Assembly: GCA_964013405.1 (NCBI GenBank)
Contig: CAXGWI010000008.1
Coordinates: 1-63,464 of the forward strand
DNA: 63,464 nucleotides
DNA from: an uncultured Myxococcales bacterium
Lineage (GTDB): Bacteria > Myxococcota > UBA4151
Direction: 5' to 3'
Shown: one piece after another, positions 20,103 to 28,648 of the stretch
How positions within the stretch are numbered: position 1 is the stretch's first letter
Layout: the number at the start of each line of letters is the position of its first letter
Notes under the pieces: model-generated
The model's database searches: none
What the model was told of the DNA's origin: nothing
The model's input: only the letters and a program-made list of their open reading frames with translations
Translations under genes and position numbers: made by a program

Positions 20103-21200
20103 ATGGGTTTCTCTTGCGGCATCGTCGGCCTGCCTAACGTGGGCAAGTCCACCCTCTTTAACGCCCTGGGTAATGCCCGGGCGGAGAGTGCCAACTTCCC
20201 CTTTTGCACCATCGAGCCCAACGTGGGTCAGGTGGCTGTGCCCGATGCCCGCTTGGACAAGCTCGCCGCCATGGTCCAGCCCCAGCGGGTGGTGCCGACT
20301 CAGATGACCTTCGTGGACATCGCCGGTCTCGTCGAGGGTGCCAGCAAAGGTGAGGGACTGGGAAATCAGTTCCTGGCAAACATTCGCGAGTGTAATGTGA
20401 TCGCCCATGTTGTTCGCTGCTTTGAGAACGAAGATATCCATCACGTGAGTGGATCTGTAGATCCGATCCGGGACATTGAGGTCATCGATACGGAGCTGCT
20501 GCTGCGGGATATAGAGAGTGTTCAGAAGCGTCTGGATCGGGGGGAGCGAGAAGCGAAGACTGGGGATCCTGAAAAGCGAAAGTTAGTCTCCCACTTAAAA
20601 GAAGTGATGGCCGCTTTTGATGAGGGCACACTGTATCGGGCGCTGCCCGAAGACCCTCAGCGAGACGAGGCTTTGAAAGAACTCCATCTCCTCACCTCCA
20701 AGCGAGTCCTCTATGTGGCGAATGTGGATGAAGCCGGTGCCGCTGAGGGCAACGCCCATTTGGCGGCGGTCCAAGCCCGGGCAGAAGCCGAAGGCGCTGA
20801 TGTGGTCGTCATTTGCGCAGATCTCGAGAGTCAGATTGCGGAACTCGATGACTTGGAAGAGCGCAACATGTTCTTGGAGGAGGCTGGTATTTCCGAGCCA
20901 GGCCTCCACCGGCTGATCGGCACAGGCTATCGGCTTCTCGGCCTACAAACCTACTTCACAGCTGGTGAGAAAGAGGTTCGGGCCTGGACCGTGACCGGCG
21001 GCTCCAGCGCCCCCCAGGCGGCTGGCGTCATCCACACCGACTTTGAGCGCGGCTTCATTAAGGCTGAGGTCATGAGCTACGACGACTTTGTCAGCCATGG
21101 CGGTGAGAAGGGCTGCCGCGAGGTAGGTAAACTCCGCGTCGAAGGCAAAGAATACATCGTCCAAGACGGCGATGTGATGCACTTCCGGTTCAACGTGTAG
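20103..21200 (+). CDS. ychF: Redox-regulated ATPase YchF
   Basis: GIVGLPNVGKSTLFNAL, ANFPFCTIEPN, DIAGLVEGASKGEGLGNQFL, C-terminal TGS domain ending FRFNV. Confidence 0.98.
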   Translation: MGFSCGIVGLPNVGKSTLFNALGNARAESANFPFCTIEPNVGQVAVPDARLDKLAAMVQPQRVVPTQMTFVDIAGLVEGASKGEGLGNQFLANIRECNVIAHVVRCFENEDIHHVSGSVDPIRDIEVIDTELLLRDIESVQKRLDRGEREAKTGDPEKRKLVSHLKEVMAAFDEGTLYRALPEDPQRDEALKELHLLTSKRVLYVANVDEAGAAEGNAHLAAVQARAEAEGADVVVICADLESQIAELDDLEERNMFLEEAGISEPGLHRLIGTGYRLLGLQTYFTAGEKEVRAWTVTGGSSAPQAAGVIHTDFERGFIKAEVMSYDDFVSHGGEKGCREVGKLRVEGKEYIVQDGDVMHFRFNV

Positions 21201-21445
21201 AGCCCTGGTCTGAAAAGCTGATTAATACACTTGGCGCATCTGTCCTCGGTCTCCCTTGAGCCATCTCGGCGTCTGTCCTGAACCGTATAGGGCGTCTTTT
21301 TTGAGCGTCCGGCTTGTCTACCGAGCTTAACCGTATTGTAGACTTGGCAAAGAGACCTTGAACTCCCCCTCCTCAGATTTTACGACTGTTGAGCCACTTT
21401 TTGCACCAATACGAGTGCCATGGATGAAACCCAAAAGACTGAGTC

Positions 21446-23149
21446 ATGCCAAACAGCGTTCCCCCTTCAAATGCGGTTGAAACCAAAACCTTTTCAGACT
21501 TCGTAGCGCACTCAAATTATTCGCTGATGGATTCGCTCAATGCGGACCCAGAAGCGACTAAAGATGGCAATGACCATCACCCTCGACAAGTGCGATCTGG
21601 CCATTATGTCCCGGTGAGACCCACACCCATAGGGTCTCCTGACTACGTCGCCCACAGCAGCGCCTTATTCAACGAATTAGGTCTGAGCCATACGCTCGCT
21701 CAGGATGACGCATTCATGCGTCTGTTTTCCGGCGATCTAAGTGTGGCGCAGGCGCCAATGCACCCCTTTGGATGGGCGACCGGGTACGCGCTTTCTATTT
21801 ATGGGATGGAGTACACCGAACAGTGCCCTTTCAGAAACGGTAATGGTTATGGTGATGGTCGAGCGGTCTCGGTGTTCGAGGGCTGTTTCAAGGGTGTGCG
21901 TTGGGAAATGCAGCTTAAAGGCGGTGGCAGAACGCCATACTGTCGTGGCGGCGATGGGCGCACCGTGCTGCGGTCAAGCGTACGCGAGTTTCTCGCGCAG
22001 GAGTTGATGCACGCCCTCGGTATACCCACCTCGCGCTCTTTAACGCTGTATATGTCCCGAACCGAGACGGTAAGCAGACCCTGGTACAGTGCAAATTCGA
22101 GATCCTTCAATCCCGATGTCATGGTCAGTAATCCCGTCGCCATCTCAACCCGTATCGCCCCCTCATTCCTCCGTGTAGGTCAGCTTGAGTTGTTCGCTCG
22201 GCGCGCCCGCGGTGGCGCCCATCCCAACGCGCTCAAAGAACTGAGGATGATTGTCCAACATCTCATGGAGCGGAATTACCGACGGGAGATTGATTCGACC
22301 CTTGCCTTTGGCGACCAAGTGGTTGAGCTGGCTCGACTGTTTCGAGGACGACTCGTACGCCTCGTGGCGAATTGGATCCGAGTGGGCTACTGTCAGGGGA
22401 ATTTTAACAGCGATAACTGTGCGGCAGGTGGCTTCACCCTCGACTACGGCCCCTTTGGATTCTGCGAACAATTCGACCCTAGATTCCAGCCCTGGACCGG
22501 AGGCGGTGACCACTTCTGTTTTTTCAATCAGCCGGCTGCTGCCGAGACCAACTTTCAGATGTTCTGTACAGCGCTTCGACCACTACTCAGCGACAACAAC
22601 GCGGCCTTGGCGCAGCTCGATGACACTCGAGGCGGGTTCGGAGAGGCGATGGAACACGAGCTTGAACGGATGTGGACCCGTAAACTCGGTCTGACAACGT
22701 TTGATCCCACGCTGCTGCGCGACTTGCTGCATCTGATGGTTCGTACCAAGGTCGACTACACGATCCTGTTCCGACAACTTTCAGACATTCCAGACTCTCT
22801 CTCTCCATTGAAACAAAGTTTTTATGAATCCGGCTCAGCGCAGCGCGACGCGCAATGGACAGACTGGTTACGCCGATGGCGCGATCAGGTAATGCGTAGC
22901 GGCGACGTCGGAGAAACCTCGGCGTCCATGAAGCGGGCGAACCCCAGCGTGACTTGGCGGGAGTGGTTGATCGCCCCGGCCTATCAAGAGGCAGAACGGG
23001 GCAATCACGGCTTAGTTCATGAGATTCAAGAGGTATTCAGCACACCATATGGTGAATTATTACCGAAGCTTGCAGCCAAGTACGATCGTCTTAAACCCAA
23101 AGAATTCTTTAATGCCGGCGGCGTGTCCCACTATAGCTGCTCATCCTGA
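21446..23149 (+). CDS. selO: Protein adenylyltransferase SelO (YdiU family)
   Basis: GDGRA, QLKGGGRTPY.RGGDGR.VLRSSVREFL, QGNFNSDN, DYGPFGF; C-terminal SCSS. Confidence 0.92.
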   Translation: MPNSVPPSNAVETKTFSDFVAHSNYSLMDSLNADPEATKDGNDHHPRQVRSGHYVPVRPTPIGSPDYVAHSSALFNELGLSHTLAQDDAFMRLFSGDLSVAQAPMHPFGWATGYALSIYGMEYTEQCPFRNGNGYGDGRAVSVFEGCFKGVRWEMQLKGGGRTPYCRGGDGRTVLRSSVREFLAQELMHALGIPTSRSLTLYMSRTETVSRPWYSANSRSFNPDVMVSNPVAISTRIAPSFLRVGQLELFARRARGGAHPNALKELRMIVQHLMERNYRREIDSTLAFGDQVVELARLFRGRLVRLVANWIRVGYCQGNFNSDNCAAGGFTLDYGPFGFCEQFDPRFQPWTGGGDHFCFFNQPAAAETNFQMFCTALRPLLSDNNAALAQLDDTRGGFGEAMEHELERMWTRKLGLTTFDPTLLRDLLHLMVRTKVDYTILFRQLSDIPDSLSPLKQSFYESGSAQRDAQWTDWLRRWRDQVMRSGDVGETSASMKRANPSVTWREWLIAPAYQEAERGNHGLVHEIQEVFSTPYGELLPKLAAKYDRLKPKEFFNAGGVSHYSCSS

Positions 23150-23235
23150 AGCGGAAACTTGCTGACCAACGGGGTGGGTGATTTTGAAAGTCTTTTGTTT
23201 ACGGATACTTACCAAAAAAATTAGAGTTCTGTTCA

Positions 23236-24108
23236 ATGTTTAGCGATGTGATCTACGCCCGTCCTTTGGTCACAGGTTGCATCTTTTGTAGCCTTCTCAT
23301 CGGGCAGGTGAGACCGGCCGTGGCGACTTCCGGCGACCGCCCCAGGAAGGAGACGGCCGCCGTGACCAAGGTCACCCAAACGGACCCCGACCGGGTGGCG
23401 GTGACCGACTTCCTGAAGACCGCGAGAGCGGCAGCAGAGGCGCAAAATAAGCGAACTCCGGATTCTGGCTACGGCGTCGATCGCCGCACTTTCTATCTCG
23501 CGGAGGCCTGGTGTGTTCAGCGAGTCAGCCTACCCAGGAACATGGTGCTTGAACGCTGCAAAGTGCTCGACGTCTCGGACGGCCGTGTGGCCGTGCTGGT
23601 CGTGACCAGCAATTGCGAAGTCGAACACTGTGATGCCGATTACTGGATCTTCTCGGATCGTCGTGGCCTGCGCCGATCGCCGATTAACCTAGACTTTGAG
23701 CTCGTCGTCTCACCGGATCACCAATTCATGTACGTGGGTGAGGTCCAATCCGGTCCTGAAGGCCCAAAAGCGCACCTCATGCGCATCGAGTTGAAGACCA
23801 TGAGCCTTCGAAGAGTGGCCAACTGCGCAGCGCCCGTGCTGTCCCCGTCCAAGCGCTCCATCGGCTGCCGAGATGCTTCGGGTAATGTCCACAGGTTCCC
23901 GCTACCTGACGGTCCCCTTACCCTGGTCCACACCATCGATCTCGGCAAGAAGCGGATCTACAGCGATGCCCATAGTGGAGTGACCCTGCCTGCGGTCCGG
24001 TTCATCGCAGACAACCGCATACGAATCGTCACATTGACTCAAGGCGGAGACGAAGAGGATATCGAAGAAGCCAATTGGGTCGAGTCACCGCGCCCCCCGC
24101 CCAAGTAA
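23236..24108 (+). CDS. Hypothetical exported protein (beta-rich, possibly propeller-like)
   Basis: 290-aa ORF with N-terminal hydrophobic segment and VVSPD/LSPS turns; no family recognised. Confidence 0.5.
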   Translation: MFSDVIYARPLVTGCIFCSLLIGQVRPAVATSGDRPRKETAAVTKVTQTDPDRVAVTDFLKTARAAAEAQNKRTPDSGYGVDRRTFYLAEAWCVQRVSLPRNMVLERCKVLDVSDGRVAVLVVTSNCEVEHCDADYWIFSDRRGLRRSPINLDFELVVSPDHQFMYVGEVQSGPEGPKAHLMRIELKTMSLRRVANCAAPVLSPSKRSIGCRDASGNVHRFPLPDGPLTLVHTIDLGKKRIYSDAHSGVTLPAVRFIADNRIRIVTLTQGGDEEDIEEANWVESPRPPPK

Positions 24109-24328
24109 AGAGGGCGCCGGCCCTGAAGTACTATAGGCAGGCTCGTCACTCTGACGTGGAGCGTGCGGTTCGATGGGCGGCGCTTGTGCAACGGGGAAAC
24201 AGTAAGCTCATCAAGCTCGAAGATCGGTTGAGGGAAAATCGACCAAACGGCACAACTTGACCCGGACAAAAACCGTAAGATACTGTTCTTGCGCTGTTTT
24301 TTTGCTTCGACTCAAGGTGAAGGTCCCC

Positions 24329-24682
24329 ATGTCAGCCAACCACCTTTCTGTTCTCCTCCTCCTGTTCGTTGCCGCCTGTGCGACCAAGGGGTCTTCAGGC
24401 TTCCAACTCGCCCAATCCCCCCGGTGTGCCCCCGACCTTTGCGAGATTCATTCGGCCGAACCCACTTGGCTCAGGGAACCCTGCATCGAACGATGTCCCG
24501 ACGGATGGATTCGGAGCTGTTGCGGCAGGGGCATGGCGTTGGCTGACGGAGAGCAGTGTCCCTGCGTGCCCAAGAAGCACAACGACGCATGCCGCAGGAC
24601 CATGATGCCTCGGATCGAATGTAAGCCGGGGGGTGACCCCCTTGAAGCCTGTAAACGGCATGATCCGGGCCCCCCCCCCTGA
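24329..24682 (+). CDS. Small Cys-rich lipoprotein
   Basis: MSANHLSVLLLLFVAAC lipobox followed by about 11 further Cys; C10 run just before the stop. Confidence 0.55.
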   Translation: MSANHLSVLLLLFVAACATKGSSGFQLAQSPRCAPDLCEIHSAEPTWLREPCIERCPDGWIRSCCGRGMALADGEQCPCVPKKHNDACRRTMMPRIECKPGGDPLEACKRHDPGPPP

Positions 24683-24994
24683 GTGTGAGCTTATGAGGCA
24701 ACCCGAACGTGCTGGTCGCTTCCTGATTTTTTGTCCGCAAAGCCTTCGGAACCTAGCGCTCTCGACGGAGCGGAAACAATGCGGGTCTCTTCACCGTCGA
24801 GTGCCGCCATTGTGTATTGATATGAACCGGACGAGCGAAGTACTTAGCTGCTGCAAAGTGCTCCACTGAACACGGCCCTGTCGACAAGAGACACGCATGA
24901 ACTCAACTGCAGAGATGATCCGCATGCGGCAACGCAAGCAACGCCTCCCCAGAGCAGAGCTGCTGCTGAGGTCTCTCTAAGAGGCTCAGATCCC

Positions 24995-25549
24995 ATGCCA
25001 AATCTGACAAGCGAGCGTCTCCGAATCGAGCCCATTAGGTCAACACACGCGCCGTTGGTCTTCTCCCCGTTACAGGACCCCGCGATCTACACCTACCTGC
25101 CCGAGGACCCACCCACGTTCGAGGCCTTGCAAAATCGCTACGACTATCTGGAAAGTGGCTGCAGTCCAGATGGAGAGGCCTTGTGGCTGAATTGGGTTGG
25201 GTTTCTTCGCGACTCCATGACGCCGGTCGGCACCTTTCAGGCGACACTCCCAAAGGGCAAAGCGGGCTCGTTCGCCTACGTCGTGTTCCCACCATTCTGG
25301 CGACAAGGCTACGCTCGGGAGATGGCACGTTGCGTCATCAGTCATGTGTTCGAAGCCCATCAAACCACCAGTCTGTATGCGGAGATTGATACGCGCAACA
25401 CCGGCTCAATTCGCCTCGTTGAGTCCCTCGGACTGACTCGAACAGCGACCACCCAGGCTGCCGATTTCTTTAAAGGTGCTTCGAGCGATGAGTATACCTA
25501 CTCGGTATCCCGAGAGGACTGGTCTGCCCAGCAGAGTGCGGACGGTTGA
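24995..25549 (+). CDS. GNAT N-acetyltransferase (RimJ/RimL-like)
   Basis: LTSERLRIEP, FWRQGYARE, DTRNTGSIRLVESLG. Confidence 0.85.
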   Translation: MPNLTSERLRIEPIRSTHAPLVFSPLQDPAIYTYLPEDPPTFEALQNRYDYLESGCSPDGEALWLNWVGFLRDSMTPVGTFQATLPKGKAGSFAYVVFPPFWRQGYAREMARCVISHVFEAHQTTSLYAEIDTRNTGSIRLVESLGLTRTATTQAADFFKGASSDEYTYSVSREDWSAQQSADG

Positions 25550-25666
25550 GCGAAGCAAGGTCACCCAATACCGGGGCCCCCCTGACGAGGCGCTTCAAGT
25601 CGTGTCGTCATTGGATGCCCATGGAAAAGACGTGATACAAACCGTCAACGTTAGGGGCCCTGTGCC

Positions 25667-26008
25667 ATGACCCGAATTGAACAATTAGCTCAGCAACAAT
25701 TAGATGCTTACAACCGGTCCGATCTCGATGCCTTTGTCGCCTGCTATCATTCAGATGTCCGGGTATTGAATGGCGATGAAGAGAGCGTCTGCGGCATCGA
25801 AGGATTTCGAGAACGCTACCGAACATTGTTTAATGACTGGGAGTTTGGTGCGACGGTGCCGCAACGCATGGCACTCAACACCCACTGCATCGACTTTGAA
25901 GCATGGTGGCGGATTGACCCCCAAACCCAACAACGCAGCGAAGGTCAGGTTTTGGTACGCTACGAAGAACGAGATGGGCTCATCGGGACCGTTCAATTTT
26001 TAGCCTGA
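25667..26008 (+). CDS. SnoaL/NTF2-like protein
   Basis: QQLDAYNRSDLDAFVACY..D; Y...DGLI..V.F C-terminus. Confidence 0.8.
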   Translation: MTRIEQLAQQQLDAYNRSDLDAFVACYHSDVRVLNGDEESVCGIEGFRERYRTLFNDWEFGATVPQRMALNTHCIDFEAWWRIDPQTQQRSEGQVLVRYEERDGLIGTVQFLA

Positions 26009-26122
26009 AGCGGCTCCCCTCAGCCCGTTCTTACCGGCCCCTGCGGCAAAAATGATCGTCATCCAATTGAAGAGGCAGAAACCCGATCGACAGATCGCCT
26101 AGAATGGAGTCCCAATACCCAT

Positions 26123-26151
26123 TTGCACATTTGCGCAAATATGCATAAGGT
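26123..26151 (+). promoter_or_regulatory. Promoter with embedded palindromic operator (probable ArsR autoregulation site)
   Basis: TTGCAC-N17-TAAGGT, 7 nt before ATG 26159. The spacer holds the perfect palindrome ATTTGCGCAAAT (26129-26140), extending to TGCACATTTGCGCAAATATGCA (26124-26145, one mismatch). Confidence 0.7.
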
Positions 26152-26158
26152 GCTGTCC

Positions 26159-26467
26159 ATGGATACTGAAACCGTCGAAAACCTGGCTGGACTGCTCAAA
26201 GCCTTGGGAGAGGTCAACAGGCTCTCTTTGGTGTGCAGGCTCTGTGACTGCAACACGCCCCAGAATGCGATGTGCCTGTGCGAGTGCTGCAGTGTGGATG
26301 CGTCAGGCGTATCCAGACATCTCAAACTGCTCTCGAAAGAGGGAATCGTGAGCGTTGAGAAGCGAGGCAGAGAGCGAAGCTATTCGTTAAATAGATCGTA
26401 TGTTGCGAGTCAGTTGAGAGTGCTCGCAGACAAGATTGAATGGACTGAAAATGAGGAGGCATCATGA
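26159..26467 (+). CDS. ArsR/SmtB-family metalloregulator with a 7-Cys cluster
   Basis: LKALGEVNRL, SGVSRHLKLL.KEGIV..EKRGRE..YSL winged HTH; CRLCDC...MCLCECC lies just before the recognition helix. Confidence 0.88.
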   Translation: MDTETVENLAGLLKALGEVNRLSLVCRLCDCNTPQNAMCLCECCSVDASGVSRHLKLLSKEGIVSVEKRGRERSYSLNRSYVASQLRVLADKIEWTENEEAS

Positions 26468-26559
26468 GCGAAGAACCCTGTAAGTGTGACTGTGCTAAAG
26501 ACGATTGCTGTGCGAATCGGACGTGTTCCTGCTGCGAAAAGGCTTGTTGCTGCGACTGA
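26464..26559 (+). CDS. Metallothionein-like peptide (31 aa, 11 Cys)
   Basis: Not in the ORF track. Translates to MSEEPCKCDCAKDDCCANRTCSCCEKACCCD*. ATGA overlap with the arsR stop; GAGGAGG at 26453-26459. Confidence 0.75.
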   Translation: MSEEPCKCDCAKDDCCANRTCSCCEKACCCD

Positions 26560-26611
26560 GCCGGAAGTTCTGACAAACTCTGAGCGTCAGGGTCCGTTCG
26601 ACTCCACCAAA

Positions 26612-27589
26612 CTAGGCTGGAGACGTCTGAGCGGTGGCCTGATGCATGCATGCCTCTAAGCCACTCTGCAGGGCTTCGGCGTCAAGGCCTTTGCCGATGA
26701 AGACAAGTCGGCAAGATCGCTTGTCATCAATCCAGAGGCGGTCTGGCTTCACATCCACAACGTCTCGAACCCCGTTGAAGACAAACGCGCGCGGCTGGTC
26801 CGCAACTGCGATCATGCCCTTCATCCGAAGAACGGCTCCCTCTTGACGGCGAACGAGCCTGCCAAGCCAGAGATCAAGTGCGTCGAGATCAACGTTCCCC
26901 TGAGCCTCAAGGCCCACAGCACGGATCGCCTCATCGTGGACATGGGAATCAGTGGTCATTGTATCCACAGACCCAAGGCCCATGCCACCAGCGGCTCCCC
27001 CCATTTCCAAGACGTCGGAGACATCGACTTGCCCGAACTGGGCTCGAAGAATCCTCGCAAGCGGATTGATCTTTCCAATCTCTATCTCCACCGCCTCGAG
27101 CCCTTGATCGGTCATGCGGTCCATCTTGTTGAGAATAACCATGTCGGCGTAAGTGATCTGTTCGAGGCAGGCATCGACCTCAGTTAACGATCGACTTAAG
27201 TGCTCCGCATCGACCACCGTGACCACACCGTCCAGGACAAAGGGCGCCCTGATCTCGGCTCGATCGAAGAGCCGCATCACGGGTCCTGGCTCGGCCAATC
27301 CCGTGGTTTCGATGATCACATGGTCGAAGTCGGCTCGCCGCTGCGCAATTTGTTGCAGGGCAGCCAAAAGATCAGAGCGAACCGAACAACAAACACAGCC
27401 ACCGTTGAGTTCGAAAAGAGTCTCACTGGGCTGCAGCATCCGCAAACCATCGATGCCCATGCCAGCAAACTCATTCTCGATTACAGCGAATCGGTGACCT
27501 GTTTGGGCCTTCAAGACATGCTCAAGGAGCGTGGTTTTACCAGCCCCAAGAAATCCCGTGATCAGCGTAACGGGGATCGGAGTGCTCAC
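26612..27589 (-). CDS. COG0523/CobW-family G3E GTPase metallochaperone
   Basis: GFLGAGKTT, ENEF, GCVCC, IETTGLAEP, NKMD, CobW_C domain (LRMKG...LVFIG); GGAGG RBS. Confidence 0.93.
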   Translation of the reverse strand: MSTPIPVTLITGFLGAGKTTLLEHVLKAQTGHRFAVIENEFAGMGIDGLRMLQPSETLFELNGGCVCCSVRSDLLAALQQIAQRRADFDHVIIETTGLAEPGPVMRLFDRAEIRAPFVLDGVVTVVDAEHLSRSLTEVDACLEQITYADMVILNKMDRMTDQGLEAVEIEIGKINPLARILRAQFGQVDVSDVLEMGGAAGGMGLGSVDTMTTDSHVHDEAIRAVGLEAQGNVDLDALDLWLGRLVRRQEGAVLRMKGMIAVADQPRAFVFNGVRDVVDVKPDRLWIDDKRSCRLVFIGKGLDAEALQSGLEACMHQATAQTSPA

Positions 27590-27722
27590 TTTTACCCTCC
27601 GTAGGCTCGGATCCTTGGCGACATCTTTAAAACTGGAGCCGCTTCATTCCATTTCCACGCTGCGCTGCCCCAAATACAGGGCCGGTCCGAAGCTGTTCAT
27701 TCCAGTCTTTAATGGAAGGAAA

Positions 27723-28436
27723 TCACCCTGACTGGATCCCGAAATCTGCTTGCTCAGAATCGACAGCCATCGCCTGCTCCACATCATAGCCAGGCTGCTC
27801 TCCCGAGTCACCAGAACGGACAGCTCCCGTCAGGATCGAGATGGGGATGCGCCCTCCATCTCCCCTGAGCAGAGTCGCATCGGGATTCATCGCTTCAATC
27901 GCACGAACCACAGAGGTTTCTACATCCGCATCGAGCGTCGTGGCACCATCCACCCAAACCTTATGAGCCGTGCCCACGCGCTCCATCAGAGTCGCCGCTG
28001 CGTCGCTTCGCAGGGTGTCGAGAAAGCTTGGTCCATCCACCATCGTGACCACCTGCTGAATCTGGGCCACGTCCTCAAGGACCGCGCCTGTGTCATCGGG
28101 CACGGTAAAGGTCTTTGCCAACGAGTCCAAATCGCTCTGAGGAGGTACCTGAATCACCACATGGTCGGCCCGCCCCTCTTCAGCCAGTCGTCTGACCTTG
28201 GTCAGCACATCCCAGCGAACCGTGCAGCAAGAACATCCCTGCCCCAGGCGCTTCAGGCGCTGTGTCGTCGGCAGTAGGGTCAGGCCGGTTCGAGATGCAG
28301 CCCGCTTTGAGGCTTTCCAAGGCGTAATCGCCGCGACTCGAAGCCCCCCGCAATCGTTGGTCAGTCGTTCCAGCAGTCCTGTACCTCGGGTACCAGGAGC
28401 GCCAATAAAGATGGTCACAGAAAGAGGCTTTGTCAT
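27723..28436 (-). CDS. Degenerate COG0523-like protein (GCSCC kept, GTPase motifs eroded, no CobW_C domain)
   Basis: GQGCSCCTVRWD, DHVVI, VVTMVDG and MNPDA align with CobW. Walker A position reads GAPGTRGT; ETTG and NKxD are absent. Confidence 0.7.
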   Translation of the reverse strand: MTKPLSVTIFIGAPGTRGTGLLERLTNDCGGLRVAAITPWKASKRAASRTGLTLLPTTQRLKRLGQGCSCCTVRWDVLTKVRRLAEEGRADHVVIQVPPQSDLDSLAKTFTVPDDTGAVLEDVAQIQQVVTMVDGPSFLDTLRSDAAATLMERVGTAHKVWVDGATTLDADVETSVVRAIEAMNPDATLLRGDGGRIPISILTGAVRSGDSGEQPGYDVEQAMAVDSEQADFGIQSG

Positions 28437-28648
28437 GGGTCTGCTCCGTGAATTCAATCACCCGATTAGCGGGCGACAAAAAGCATTTTTAGCGGTCACG
28501 CTCTCGATGATCCTCAGTGTTTATATATGTTCATAGGACGTTTAAGAAGGCTTGGATTCGCACGAATCATTTCGTGGACTAAAGTGAACGACTTTGGTCA
28601 TGACGAAGGCTTGCCAAAGGCCTGGCGAGCATAAGAGGAGATCCATCC

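Noticed and set aside
21170..21445. ychF 3' end as an integration (att) site
   Set aside because: No integrase in the window, and no duplicate of the ychF 3' end found by eye.
23135..23200. Possible selenocysteine read-through at the selO TGA
   Set aside because: The redox position is already Cys (SCSS), the TGA falls at the normal family end, and I saw no convincing bacterial SECIS.
24695..24760. GGCAAC...CGCAAAGCC..CGG..CCTA resembles part of a c-di-GMP-I riboswitch
   Set aside because: The spacing between GGCAA and CGCAAAGC is too long, and the GNRA-capped P2 stem is missing.
26159..26559. Cys-rich peptide as a frameshifted C-terminal tail of ArsR
   Set aside because: ArsR is already full length, and the peptide has its own SD and a standard ATGA coupling. 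A fusion in some homologues cannot be excluded without a search.
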